A stretch of 63,983 bases of DNA, counting the filler, from Stramenopiles sp. TOSAG23-6 (taxonomy: Eukaryota), in NCBI GenBank assembly GCA_900128565.1. It is 3 parts of 3 records of this genome, joined end to end, with 100 filler letters (N's around TTAATTAATTAA, not from the genome) between each part and the next. Parts side by side here need not be neighbours in the genome. Positions count along the whole stretch, not along the records: positions 47,300 to 63,983 come from LT636089.1; 2 more parts are not named here. One strand, 5' to 3'. A program made the position numbers and the translations under genes. Under the pieces are notes generated by a model. It did not search any database. It was not told the origin of the DNA and saw only the letters and a program-made list of their open reading frames with translations. Position 1 is the first letter of the stretch. Each line of letters opens with the position of its first letter. Below are positions 52,656-62,217 of the stretch, piece after piece.

Positions 52656-54881
52656 ATGCCAACCCAAAAGGAATATAAAGCATTAAAAAAGGCCGCAGGG
52701 ATTAGGGAATCATCCGGTGAATGCGTAAAAGTAATCGTCCGAGTCAGACCAATCTTTGGAAGGGAGGTGACTGACGGCCGTAAACGAATTGTAGATTGTG
52801 ATGAAGAAGACGCAGCTGTCTCCATACATAACCCTCAAAATCCTAGTGCACCACCAAAGGTTTTTACATTCGATCATGTGTATGGACCAAACTCGAAACA
52901 AATTGACATTTATAATAGAACTGCGTCTCCTTTAGTGGACTGTGTGTTGGAAGGTTTTAACGGTACTATATTTGCATATGGACAAACAGGTTCAGGGAAA
53001 ACGCATACTATGGTCGGTTATGGCGATGATGCTGGTATTATCCCTAATGCATTCCGACATATATTCGATTCTGTAGGTTTAAACAAGACAAAAGATAAGA
53101 AATTTCTGGTAAGAGCGTCATTTCTTGAAATATATAACGAAGATGTTAGAGACCTTTTGTCCAATAATCCGACGAACAAACTACAGGTCAAGGAAAACGT
53201 TGATTCCGGTGTCTTTGTGAAGGGGCTTACTCAAATTGTTGTGCGAAATGAGCATGAATGTCTTGATGTTTTAAAGAAAGGTGATAAATTGCGCACAACT
53301 GGGGCAACTGCGATGAACCTTTCCTCTTCGCGCTCTCATTCGATATTTACTGTTACTGTAGAAACCTCGGAGATGATTGACGGAGAGGTTAAATTTCGAG
53401 TAGGCAAGCTTAATTTAGTTGACCTTGCAGGTTCTGAAAGGCAATCAAAGACACATGCAACGGGGAAACGACTCAAAGAAGCAACGAAAATTAATCTGTC
53501 ACTTTCTGCATTGGGTAATGTAATATCAGCTCTTGTAGATGGAAAAAGCTCTCATATTCCATATAGAGATTCAAAACTAACACGTCTCTTACAAGACTCG
53601 CTTGGTGGGAATACAAAAACTGTAATGTGTGCTAATTGTGGTCCCGCTGATTATAATTTTGAGGAAACTGTATCAACACTTAGATATGCAAATAGAGCTA
53701 AAAATATCAAAAATAAACCGAAAATTAACGAAGATCCGAAAGATGCAATGTTACGAGAATTTCAAGATGAAATTATCAAACTAAGAAAAGAAATAGAAAT
53801 GGCAGGTGGTGGATCTTCCGAAGAAAGTTCGGAAGGAGAGCTTATTGAAAGTTCTGATGGAACCCTTGTTAAAGTGAAGAAAAAGGTTGTAGAGAGAGTG
53901 GTTGAAAAAGTTGTAACTGTGAGGAAAGGAATTGAAAAGGAGAAGATGGATGCGTTAAAGGCGCAAATGAAACAACAAGAATTAGAAATGAAATCCGCAG
54001 CAAAAGAGGATAAAAAACGATTACGGGCGGCACAAAAGGCCACAGAAAAGGATTTGTTCAGATTACAACAAAAGTTAAGAGAGAAAGAAGCTATTCGGAT
54101 GAAACGTGTCAAAGAGAGGGAACTTTTGGCGAAAAAGCTTGCTGCTGTGGAAGAAAAAGTTTTGCTTGGTGGTGATATGATGGATAAGGCAGCTGCGCAA
54201 GCGCGTGAGCTCAAGAGAACTAAAGCTGAGTTAAGAGAAAGACGAGAAGCAGAGCACAGAATGATTAAAAACCTTGCCGAACAAGAAGAGGCGGAGATTC
54301 TAATGCAACAAGATTATGCAAATCTTCATGAAGAAGCACGAGGAAAGACTGCAAAACTGAAAAAACTCTACGCAAAATATCAACAACAACGATCTGAGAT
54401 TAAAGATGTTCAAGAAGAATTTAAGAGGGAAAGAGAAAATATTCTTGAAAGTATTCGTGAACTAAATAAGGAGTTGAAACTAAATCAGTTTATACTCAAT
54501 TATTTCATCCCTACAGAACAATTAGACAAAATAGAAGCTTGGGCATTATTTAATGAAGAAGACGATGAGTGGAGAATTCGCCATATTGAATATTCAGGTA
54601 ACAATCAGAAACGTTACAAACGATCAGCAAAAGCAAAAAAACTGCTAAACAAACAGTCATCGAGACCACAGACATCGCGACGGTCAAAAAGTAACGGAGG
54701 GAAAAGTAATCAAAAAAATGACCAAACACAAACTGTATTTGGACCCCCGTTGAGCAATCCTTATGTAGTATACAACAAAAACGAAGTTTGTGGATATTCA
54801 TTGGCTTCAGATTCTAAATGGTCAAAGTTGAAAGGCGCGACCAGAAAAAAAAATAAAAAGTCTAAAAAAACGAGACGGTAG
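52656..54881 (+). CDS. KIF3: Kinesin-2 motor subunit (KIF3-like); intronless
   Basis: FAYGQTGSGKTHTM, SSRSHSIF, LVDLAGSER, HIPYRDSKLTRLLQDSLGGN, KPKINEDPKDAMLREFQ. Confidence 0.93.
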   Translation: MPTQKEYKALKKAAGIRESSGECVKVIVRVRPIFGREVTDGRKRIVDCDEEDAAVSIHNPQNPSAPPKVFTFDHVYGPNSKQIDIYNRTASPLVDCVLEGFNGTIFAYGQTGSGKTHTMVGYGDDAGIIPNAFRHIFDSVGLNKTKDKKFLVRASFLEIYNEDVRDLLSNNPTNKLQVKENVDSGVFVKGLTQIVVRNEHECLDVLKKGDKLRTTGATAMNLSSSRSHSIFTVTVETSEMIDGEVKFRVGKLNLVDLAGSERQSKTHATGKRLKEATKINLSLSALGNVISALVDGKSSHIPYRDSKLTRLLQDSLGGNTKTVMCANCGPADYNFEETVSTLRYANRAKNIKNKPKINEDPKDAMLREFQDEIIKLRKEIEMAGGGSSEESSEGELIESSDGTLVKVKKKVVERVVEKVVTVRKGIEKEKMDALKAQMKQQELEMKSAAKEDKKRLRAAQKATEKDLFRLQQKLREKEAIRMKRVKERELLAKKLAAVEEKVLLGGDMMDKAAAQARELKRTKAELRERREAEHRMIKNLAEQEEAEILMQQDYANLHEEARGKTAKLKKLYAKYQQQRSEIKDVQEEFKRERENILESIRELNKELKLNQFILNYFIPTEQLDKIEAWALFNEEDDEWRIRHIEYSGNNQKRYKRSAKAKKLLNKQSSRPQTSRRSKSNGGKSNQKNDQTQTVFGPPLSNPYVVYNKNEVCGYSLASDSKWSKLKGATRKKNKKSKKTRR

Positions 54882-54936
54882 AGAAAATCAATTTAAATTG
54901 TAAAAAAGAAAAGACTATAAACTGAAGTTCTCAATT

Positions 54937-55551
54937 TTATTTTTTTCGCTTTTTTCTTTTCTTCCCCTCATGAAAGCTTCTTGATTCGTCTTCTGGTGTC
55001 TCGTGTGAAGCATAAAAATTGGTGAGCTCTTGAACTATCGCTGAAGGTGTTACAGTTGGGGTGTCAAATGTTGCATGTACTTTCTTAATCGTTTGATTGA
55101 TATTGTTCTTCGTTTTAGGATTCAAAACATCAATAAAGCAGTCAAACATATTAGTAGATCCAGTTGCATTGACTATATCTTCTTTGCTCATTATGTTACT
55201 GTCTCTGTCTTCACTGTGCAACCATGCACGTGTTGTCAAATCAGTTATTAGAAGTTCACAAGCTTTTGCCAAAAGCACACGACTTTCTACTTTTGTGGGA
55301 TTTGCATCTTCGTCCATTTTCATGATATTCCGAATACGTAGTAACGGCAACGTATGCTTCTTGAACTCTTCTGGAACTCCTTGATACATTTGAAACTCGC
55401 GATTTTTCTTGGCCCAGAAAAGGTCTTGCTGCAACATTTGCTGCTGGAAACACTCATGTTGAATCGTTAATAAACGAAGTGCGCCATCCTCCGTAACGTG
55501 CTTTATAAAAGCGCTACTTGAATCTTTCTCTTCACAACCATCTCCAGACAT
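54937..55551 (-). CDS. NFYC: NF-YC/HAP5-like histone-fold protein
   Basis: LPLLRIRNIMKMDED...LAKACELLITDLTTRAW...DI...MFDCFID. Confidence 0.8.
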   Translation of the reverse strand: MSGDGCEEKDSSSAFIKHVTEDGALRLLTIQHECFQQQMLQQDLFWAKKNREFQMYQGVPEEFKKHTLPLLRIRNIMKMDEDANPTKVESRVLLAKACELLITDLTTRAWLHSEDRDSNIMSKEDIVNATGSTNMFDCFIDVLNPKTKNNINQTIKKVHATFDTPTVTPSAIVQELTNFYASHETPEDESRSFHEGKKRKKRKK

Positions 55552-55777
55552 TCTTAATTTCTAATACTATACTTACTTACTAGCAAAGTTTACGTTGTTT
55601 CATTTATATCTCTTGAACAATGGCTTATTTAGGTTCTAGGTAAAAGTAAGATCGAAGTCACTGTGTGCATTGTCCACATGAAGATGGAATAATTTGATCG
55701 AGGCATATATAGATATAGAGGAGCACACATGAACTCAAATCGAATCGCGAAAGGTCAGGCGAAGGTAGGACAATCCA

Positions 55778-55793
55778 TTAGGGTTAGGGTTAG
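55778..55793 (+). repeat. Interstitial (TTAGGG)2-3 in a divergent intergenic region
   Basis: ttagggttagggttag. Confidence 0.65.
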
Positions 55794-55966
55794 TTAGGAC
55801 TGAAATGTGACTTCAGTCGATCGACACGTGGACACGTGCAAAAGAGAAATGCGGATCAGTCCCCGTTGTCGGTCGCACTGACTGGAGAAACAAAATCACT
55901 GGTCCGCAAAAGTAGATTTTTTCAGTAGTTGTTGCTCTACGCATTGTTTGTCATAATCGTATTCCA

Positions 55967-57106
55967 ATGAGTAATAGAAATAGACGTCGTAATAACCGTA
56001 ACAATAATTATTCGAATCGTTCGGGTGGAAGGTATAACAACAATAATGGGGGCTCAAGGGGCGCAATGCCTCCAGGATTGAAAAAACTAAGTTCGTTAAG
56101 TCACGGTAAAAATATTGTGGCTTGTGCATACTGGAGTGAGAAAGGCAAAATATTCTCTGCTGGGGGAAATAGTATCAAAATGTGGGATGGCAATACATCT
56201 AAGTGTGAACACACTATAACTATCGACGGTGAAATTGGTTCTATTTTATGCATGCAGGGGTGGTTGTTTTGTGGATATCAAGCGGCCTCCCCGCCTATTT
56301 TTCCTGAGACTCAAGTCGGCCATCTTAAAGCTTGGAACCTTGCGGTTCAACCACCAGCAGAATATGTATTTAAAATGGACGCGCAAACACCTTTCTGTCA
56401 TCCCAATAAGGTTACTGCGCTCACTGCGTTGATGGATAAAGGTTTGGTCATATCTGCGGGTAGAGAAGGACTCATTAAAGTTTGGCGGTTTGATACTACT
56501 CAAGGTGGATTTGTACATCATTGTACATTATCTGGTCATGTTCGCAATGTCACATCTTTATTAATGACTCCGGAAGGTATTCTGTATTCTGCAGGAGAAG
56601 ACTATACAATTAGAAAATGGGTCTTCTCGCCAGACATGACCGCAAAATGTGCGGATTATGTCAGTTCAGCGAAACAAGGACATACAAACACAATCACGGG
56701 TCTAGTCCTTGTCAAGACAAATACACCACAAGGACCACTTGTAGCATTAATATCCGCGAGTCGTGACAAAACAGTGAAGGTTTGGAATACAAAAGATTTG
56801 TCGCAAATGTTTAATAAAGATTTAGGTAGCGAAGTGTTGTCAGTTCTTACAGTAGCAAAAGATGGATACGCTGCAGCAGATTGTCCAGGGACACTTTTTA
56901 TAGGCATGGTTGGTGGTGAGATAAAAGCTCTAGGATTGCCAGCGTTTCAGGAATTGGGTCAAGTTAATAGAGGTGGTATAGGACATCAAAAGTCAATTAA
57001 TGACTTACAGATGGGACCGCCGCCGGGTCATTTTTTTTCTGGAAGTGTCGATGGAAATATGTTTGTTTGGTCATATCAACAACCCGGAGCCCCAACAGAG
57101 GGGTAA
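55967..57106 (+). CDS. WD40-repeat protein
   Basis: GH...LYSAGEDYTIRKW; GHTNTIT...SASRDKTVKVW; GHQ...FSGSVDGNMFVW. Confidence 0.9.
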   Translation: MSNRNRRRNNRNNNYSNRSGGRYNNNNGGSRGAMPPGLKKLSSLSHGKNIVACAYWSEKGKIFSAGGNSIKMWDGNTSKCEHTITIDGEIGSILCMQGWLFCGYQAASPPIFPETQVGHLKAWNLAVQPPAEYVFKMDAQTPFCHPNKVTALTALMDKGLVISAGREGLIKVWRFDTTQGGFVHHCTLSGHVRNVTSLLMTPEGILYSAGEDYTIRKWVFSPDMTAKCADYVSSAKQGHTNTITGLVLVKTNTPQGPLVALISASRDKTVKVWNTKDLSQMFNKDLGSEVLSVLTVAKDGYAAADCPGTLFIGMVGGEIKALGLPAFQELGQVNRGGIGHQKSINDLQMGPPPGHFFSGSVDGNMFVWSYQQPGAPTEG

Positions 57107-57244
57107 GTATTTGCTTGCTTATATTGCACAACAAATCAAATAATTATTGAAATACTAGAAAAAATACTATTTTTTGTGCCTGAATAAAACACTTAAAAAA
57201 AATAAAGAAACATAAATTTTCATTATTTGTACTATTAAATTAAA

Positions 57245-58540
57245 TTAAGATTGTGTGGTAGCCCTGCCTCCCGCCCTACGACGTCTACTATTTTTCTTTT
57301 TTCCATTTTTAGAAGGCTTCTTTGCCGATTTCTTCTTCTTCTTTGGAGATTCATCGTCTTCATATAAATCATCTATTTCATCAATAGCATCTTCATCATC
57401 CCAATCGAATTCGTCTTCATCAACAGTTCCAGATACATCTTTTTTCTTCTGTGTCCTTTTGTAACGAGATTCAAGTTCAGCAACAGCAATATTTCGAAGT
57501 CTTTCGGATTCTTTTTTAGCTTCTACACCTGCAATAGTTCCATCAGGGAAATTTCCATTTGCGTCAATCGCTTTTTCGTCAGCTCCAATTTGAATTAGAG
57601 AAGCAACTATATCGTCCTGGTCAAATTCATACGCCCAAAACAATGGCCCACGACCATCTTCAGATCGAACTAAAGCAGCATATTGACTCTCTTGGAGAAT
57701 TTCAAAAAATTCATCAATGTTGCCATCTGATATTATTTGCCACATCTTTGTTGTCAATTCATTGTTTGTCCACTGGGCACCACGAGCAATGAGCAAGTTA
57801 TCTTCTTTTCTCATTGGAGATGAAGGTGCGTTTGGTGTGATGTCATATTCTTCTAATAAGCGTTTTGCTCTTTCGGAAGCAGCTTCGGCTTCTGCTTTAG
57901 CTTTATTTTCCGCCTCTGCTTTAGCTTTTGCTTCAGCTTCTGCTTTAGCTTTTGCTTCAGCTTCTGCTTTAGCTTTTGCTTCAGCTTTTGCTTTAGCTTC
58001 TGCTTTAGCTTTTGCTTCAGCTTCTGCTTTTGCTTTAGCTTCAGCTTCAGCTTTCGCTTTTGCCTCAGCCAAACGTCTCCGTTCTAATTCTTCAGCTTCT
58101 GCTTTCGCCTTTGCCTCCGCTTCAGCGGCAATACGGGCAACTTCTGCCCTTCGTGACGCTTCTAGTGCAGCCAATTCATCACGTTTAGTTTTTGCCCTAA
58201 TTTCTGCTTCGCGTTTGCGCTTTGCTGCTGTGGCAGAGGCCAGTTCCTTTGAAAGCTTCTTTTCTTCCTCTGCTCGCTTCCTTGCTGCCGCAGCTTCCCG
58301 TTTCTTTTTCAGAAGTTGCTTGCGTTTTTCATCATCTTTTCGAGATTTATCATTATTTTTTTCATTGGATTTATCAATATTGTCTTGATCGGAGATGCTA
58401 CCGTCCGCTTCGACTGCAACTGAACGGCGTTTGCGCTTAGGACGTTCCGAGCGACTGCGACCTGCACTAATTTCTGAAATTGGGGAAAGAACCAACACAG
58501 CAAATATAACCAAAAGTACACGTGAGTAAAAAATCTTCAT
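57245..58540 (-). CDS. Secreted/ER protein with AEAKAK helical repeats and an ankyrin-like domain
   Basis: Signal MKIFYSRVLLVIFAVLVLS at 58540; (AEAEAKAK)n; SEDGRGPLFWAYEF...LIQIGAD. Confidence 0.75.
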   Translation of the reverse strand: MKIFYSRVLLVIFAVLVLSPISEISAGRSRSERPKRKRRSVAVEADGSISDQDNIDKSNEKNNDKSRKDDEKRKQLLKKKREAAAARKRAEEEKKLSKELASATAAKRKREAEIRAKTKRDELAALEASRRAEVARIAAEAEAKAKAEAEELERRRLAEAKAKAEAEAKAKAEAEAKAKAEAKAKAEAKAKAEAEAKAKAEAEAKAKAEAENKAKAEAEAASERAKRLLEEYDITPNAPSSPMRKEDNLLIARGAQWTNNELTTKMWQIISDGNIDEFFEILQESQYAALVRSEDGRGPLFWAYEFDQDDIVASLIQIGADEKAIDANGNFPDGTIAGVEAKKESERLRNIAVAELESRYKRTQKKKDVSGTVDEDEFDWDDEDAIDEIDDLYEDDESPKKKKKSAKKPSKNGKKKNSRRRRAGGRATTQS

Positions 58541-58850
58541 TGGAAGGAAACAATGAATACAAATATCTGGTTTAACCAATCTATATAATGAAACACTACT
58601 CAATGAAGAAGATTCGCCAATTAGAAGTCTCTCCAGGAGGAGTAGAAGTACTTTTTGAGTCTTTGACAAACTTGTTCGAACACAATTTTTCTTTGCGGTT
58701 TGTGGCCAATCAGATTTGATTGGCCAATCCAATGGAACAAACATGAATTTTGAATTCATCTATGAAAATAATAAAACATATATTTTTGATAAAATAAATA
58801 TTACGACAATATTTACTGAAAAACCTTTTTGAAGTTGACAGATTTATTTT

Positions 58851-59435
58851 TTATCCATCCTCACTGTCCCAATTAGCGAGTCTCCTCCACGTATCTGGAT
58901 CACAACTCGGTGCTATTCTCTTACATCTATTCCCAAGTACTTCATATGCTAAGGAACTATTATGTTCCAACGCAGTATACCATTTTATCAAATTTGTCAC
59001 AATACGCAGAGTGTCATCTCGTGCTTGTTCCGACGCAGCTGGAAATGATTCTACATTTTCGTATGGAGAAATAATGCTTATATCTCCATCATTATTTTTA
59101 GCAAACATAAACGCATCGGTTCCAGCAACTTGGAAATGATACGTGCCATAGTCATTATCACCTAGACCATAATTCCAAACCCTAATTACGTCGTGTGTCT
59201 TTCTGTTTTCATGTGTGTACACTGTTAAGTCCTGGAATGGACATTCATAGCTATTTGGCCAATCTCTTAGCCCTGTAAGAGTGCTATTGTATCCATGTGC
59301 GTCATTGAACGATGAACATAGCTCCTGTGCGAGCTCAGCTGGGATATCTGATCCAGACCTAAAACAGCGCTCTGTTGAAGCCCAGTCCCACTCAACTTCA
59401 ACAGAATCCTCAACAGGATCACTTTCATTTGACAT
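58851..59435 (-). CDS. Hypothetical protein
   Basis: 194-aa ATG ORF with globular composition. Confidence 0.6.
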   Translation of the reverse strand: MSNESDPVEDSVEVEWDWASTERCFRSGSDIPAELAQELCSSFNDAHGYNSTLTGLRDWPNSYECPFQDLTVYTHENRKTHDVIRVWNYGLGDNDYGTYHFQVAGTDAFMFAKNNDGDISIISPYENVESFPAASEQARDDTLRIVTNLIKWYTALEHNSSLAYEVLGNRCKRIAPSCDPDTWRRLANWDSEDG

Positions 59436-59494
59436 TTTTTACTTTTTTTGAAAATGAAATGCCTCCCAGGTGTAGCAATAAAATAGCCTTAATT

Positions 59495-59543
59495 GACACG
59501 TCTTGAAACACGGACCAAGGAGTCTAACATAATATGTGCGAGT
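59495..59543 (+). pseudogene. Isolated ~49-nt fragment of eukaryotic LSU (28S) rRNA
   Basis: GTCTTGAAACACGGACCAAGGAGTCTAAC is the conserved LSU segment (LR3 primer region); the flanks are not rRNA-like. Confidence 0.85.
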
Positions 59544-59762
59544 AGCCTATTTTTGGGTAACAGTAATAATAATACAAATCAAATGTCAAAAATGTCAAAT
59601 TTTTGTATCGGCGCCATGTTGCCATCAACATTTTTTTTTTGACCAAACAGTTTGAAACAACACGGCCAAACGCAAACGAAGTCAGAAGGTAAACTAAATA
59701 TAGATTAAATTTTGCTTTGAATCATTTCCCAATTTTGAAATTTTCTATTCATTATTTTAACG

Positions 59763-61991
59763 ATGCTTCCGTCAGCACTCATAGCACGCATCATTTGCTA
59801 CAATGTTGCAACAACTGAGGATGCTGCAAAACTACGGCAAGTAAGTAGTAACTTCAAAGATAGGATCATACCAATGGCGTTAAATGACGCGGTGCTCTCG
59901 TTAAAACCTTGTGGTGAAGACAGTTTTGTGTCGGACCTTATGGACAAGGACGGAGAGTTACAGCTCAATTGTGGTGATTCAGTCTCGATGGCACGAAGAG
60001 ATATATATCTCGACCTGATTTTTCCTGGTTGCACGTGCAAATCCATTCACATTGTAGGTCCTTGTTTTAAAAAATATAACTTGGATTGTGAACTTCTTGA
60101 GGGATCTAGACCACCTTTGATTCATGAATTATGCAATGCAACGACATGTGAGGAGTTCTTAGAAGCCGCTGGAAAAGTTCTCGATAAAGACGCTTACAAT
60201 CCAGATCCATCCTCGGAACCATTGAATCCAGATTTTCCGTTGACCGATCCAGCCGAATATATGAGTAATCACATACCTGTTCTAGCTAAATATTGGGTCC
60301 CCTTTGATTCACCAGCGCTTGTCGAAGGTCCTCCTCCTGACTTATCAGATTTAAATCATGAGATACGCCTCAAGTCAGGAAATAAAGACATGTATGAATA
60401 CATTGATCAAGATCAAGAAGATTCTTTTGATGATCATGGTTTGTATTTACCTTATAGACATCGTGGTTGTACCTACAGTTGTGCTATTTTAAAACAGTCA
60501 GAACAAGTTAAACAAACAGAACATTTGAATAGTGAAGGAATGCTAGTGGGTGTCTTGCTAATTTTAGAAGCTAATTCTGAATACGTCGAGTATGAATTGG
60601 ATATAAGTAATTCACCTTATTTCTCTGATGTAGTTAACAAACACCAACGTAAATATGTATGTTTTATTTTTTTTTAAATTTCAATTTTTTTTTCATACGA
60701 AATTTTATACCTAACAATTTTTTTAGATTTTTTTTGAAATATTTTTCCAAAAATACATGCACGAGAAGGAGTAGGTATTTTGGATAGCGCAGTGCCAGTA
60801 GAACTAGCTTCAAAACTTCGCCAGCAGCTAAATGAGTTGGCATGCAAGCAACATCCTTGGGGTATTGATTATCATCCCCATTCCAATAACATTGTTGTTG
60901 ACATTGTGCACCCAGCGCTTTACTGTTACGTTAAAAATGAAACACAAACAAATGCCAAAAGTCAATCGCTTCCTCAGAGCAAAACAGATGAAAGACAATA
61001 TGATTCTTGGGGGCGTCCATATGAAACCTCTCGATACCAATGGTTACCAACAGAATTTTTTATCATTGATGATGGTCGAGTTTCCATTGATGGATATATA
61101 AATAATCTTGTACCTCGAGAGACATATGAACAGCTTTATAAAAATTTACAAAATTTGTTTTCACATTGCATTCCACTTATTGAAGCAGTGTATTCTTATG
61201 GTTGTGCTGTACGAGAGCAATTGCGTTCTGAAGAAGATGAGATGGATTTTAATGATTCTAAACCAGAGCCTATTCACCCTTCTCATTGTTCACTTCATGG
61301 TAGACAACTGCAAGTGATAACCAAAATAGTTGATTATGAGTTGTCACCAGGGCAGTCTTACGAAGGTGTATGGCACGTGGAAGGAATGAGTCATGAAGAA
61401 ATTGTTGCTACTGTCATTTGGGTAGCTGAACGTGATGATGATCTGGAGGGTGGAGATTTGCTTTTTAAACGTGCATTTTTAAAGAATGAAGCCGAATTTA
61501 TCTTTTCTACTGTGGCGTCAGATCGTCATTCTGTATTAAATGATATCATTGATGAAGGATTAGTTCCATTAGGTCGCATTACAACTCCACGTGGACGCCT
61601 CCTGTGTTTTCCCAACAGTATGTTTTATTTTTTTTTTGTATGAATTTTTTTTTCATAGGAAATTTTGTACCTAACAATTTTTTTTCAAACTTTTTTTTAA
61701 ATATTTTTCGAAAATACATGCCATGTTCATAAAGTAACGCGACTTTTGAATAAAAATAAAGAAAATGATGATGCAACGAGTGAAAAGGCAAGGCGACGTA
61801 TCGTGGTGTTTTTCATTATAAATCCTGATAAGCGGATAGTATCAACAGCAGATATTTCACCGCAGCAAAAGGTTGCCGGTGGACATATGTCACGAAATGA
61901 AGCATTGGACAATCGGCTCAAATTGATGCAGGAACGAAAATACGCCAAGCAAGATTGGAATGTCCGGGAGATTGAGTTATGTGAGCATTAA
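59763..61991 (+). CDS. DUF4246-like (2OG-Fe(II) oxygenase-like) protein; exons 59763-60656, 60759-61617, 61720-61991
   Basis: DYHPHS...DIVHPALY; YQWLPTEF; YINNL; LQVITKI; YEGVWHVEG..HEEIVAT; GRLLCFPNSHVHKV; RRIVVFFIINP. Confidence 0.85.
60657..60758 (+). other. Family intron, GT...AT (102 nt)
   Basis: TAT|GTATGT...ATACCTAAC...CCAAAAATACAT|GCA; contains an in-frame stop. Confidence 0.82.
61618..61719 (+). other. Family intron, GT...AT (102 nt)
   Basis: AAC A|GTATGT...GTACCTAAC...CGAAAATACAT|GC CAT gives FPNSHVHKV. Confidence 0.85.
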
Positions 61992-62217
61992 TGAAATATT
62001 CTCGTTGAAGCAGTATATGGATTTTGCTCACTAAGTAGACATAAATTATAGTTTCTTTTAATGAATAAAAGTTACAAAGTAACACAAAGATATTTCAAAC
62101 ATAACTATTTCATTCAATGATACATAAATTTTCGTTTTTTATTATAAGAATGAAACGCAAGATTTGGGGTAATTCATTAAAATACTGATGATACCACCAC
62201 TGTATATAAAAAACAAG

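Noticed and set aside
57717-58388. Antisense and overlapping short ORFs (e.g. the ASASALAF ORF and many 60-150 aa ORFs)
   Set aside because: They are shadows of repetitive or coding sequence on the opposite strand, with no independent motifs.
2429-61719. Recurrent peptide FF(I/V)RNFVPN...KYFSKIH in many ORF translations as a new protein domain
   Set aside because: It is the translated intron core. It appears in different frames, often next to stops, and interrupts conserved domains.
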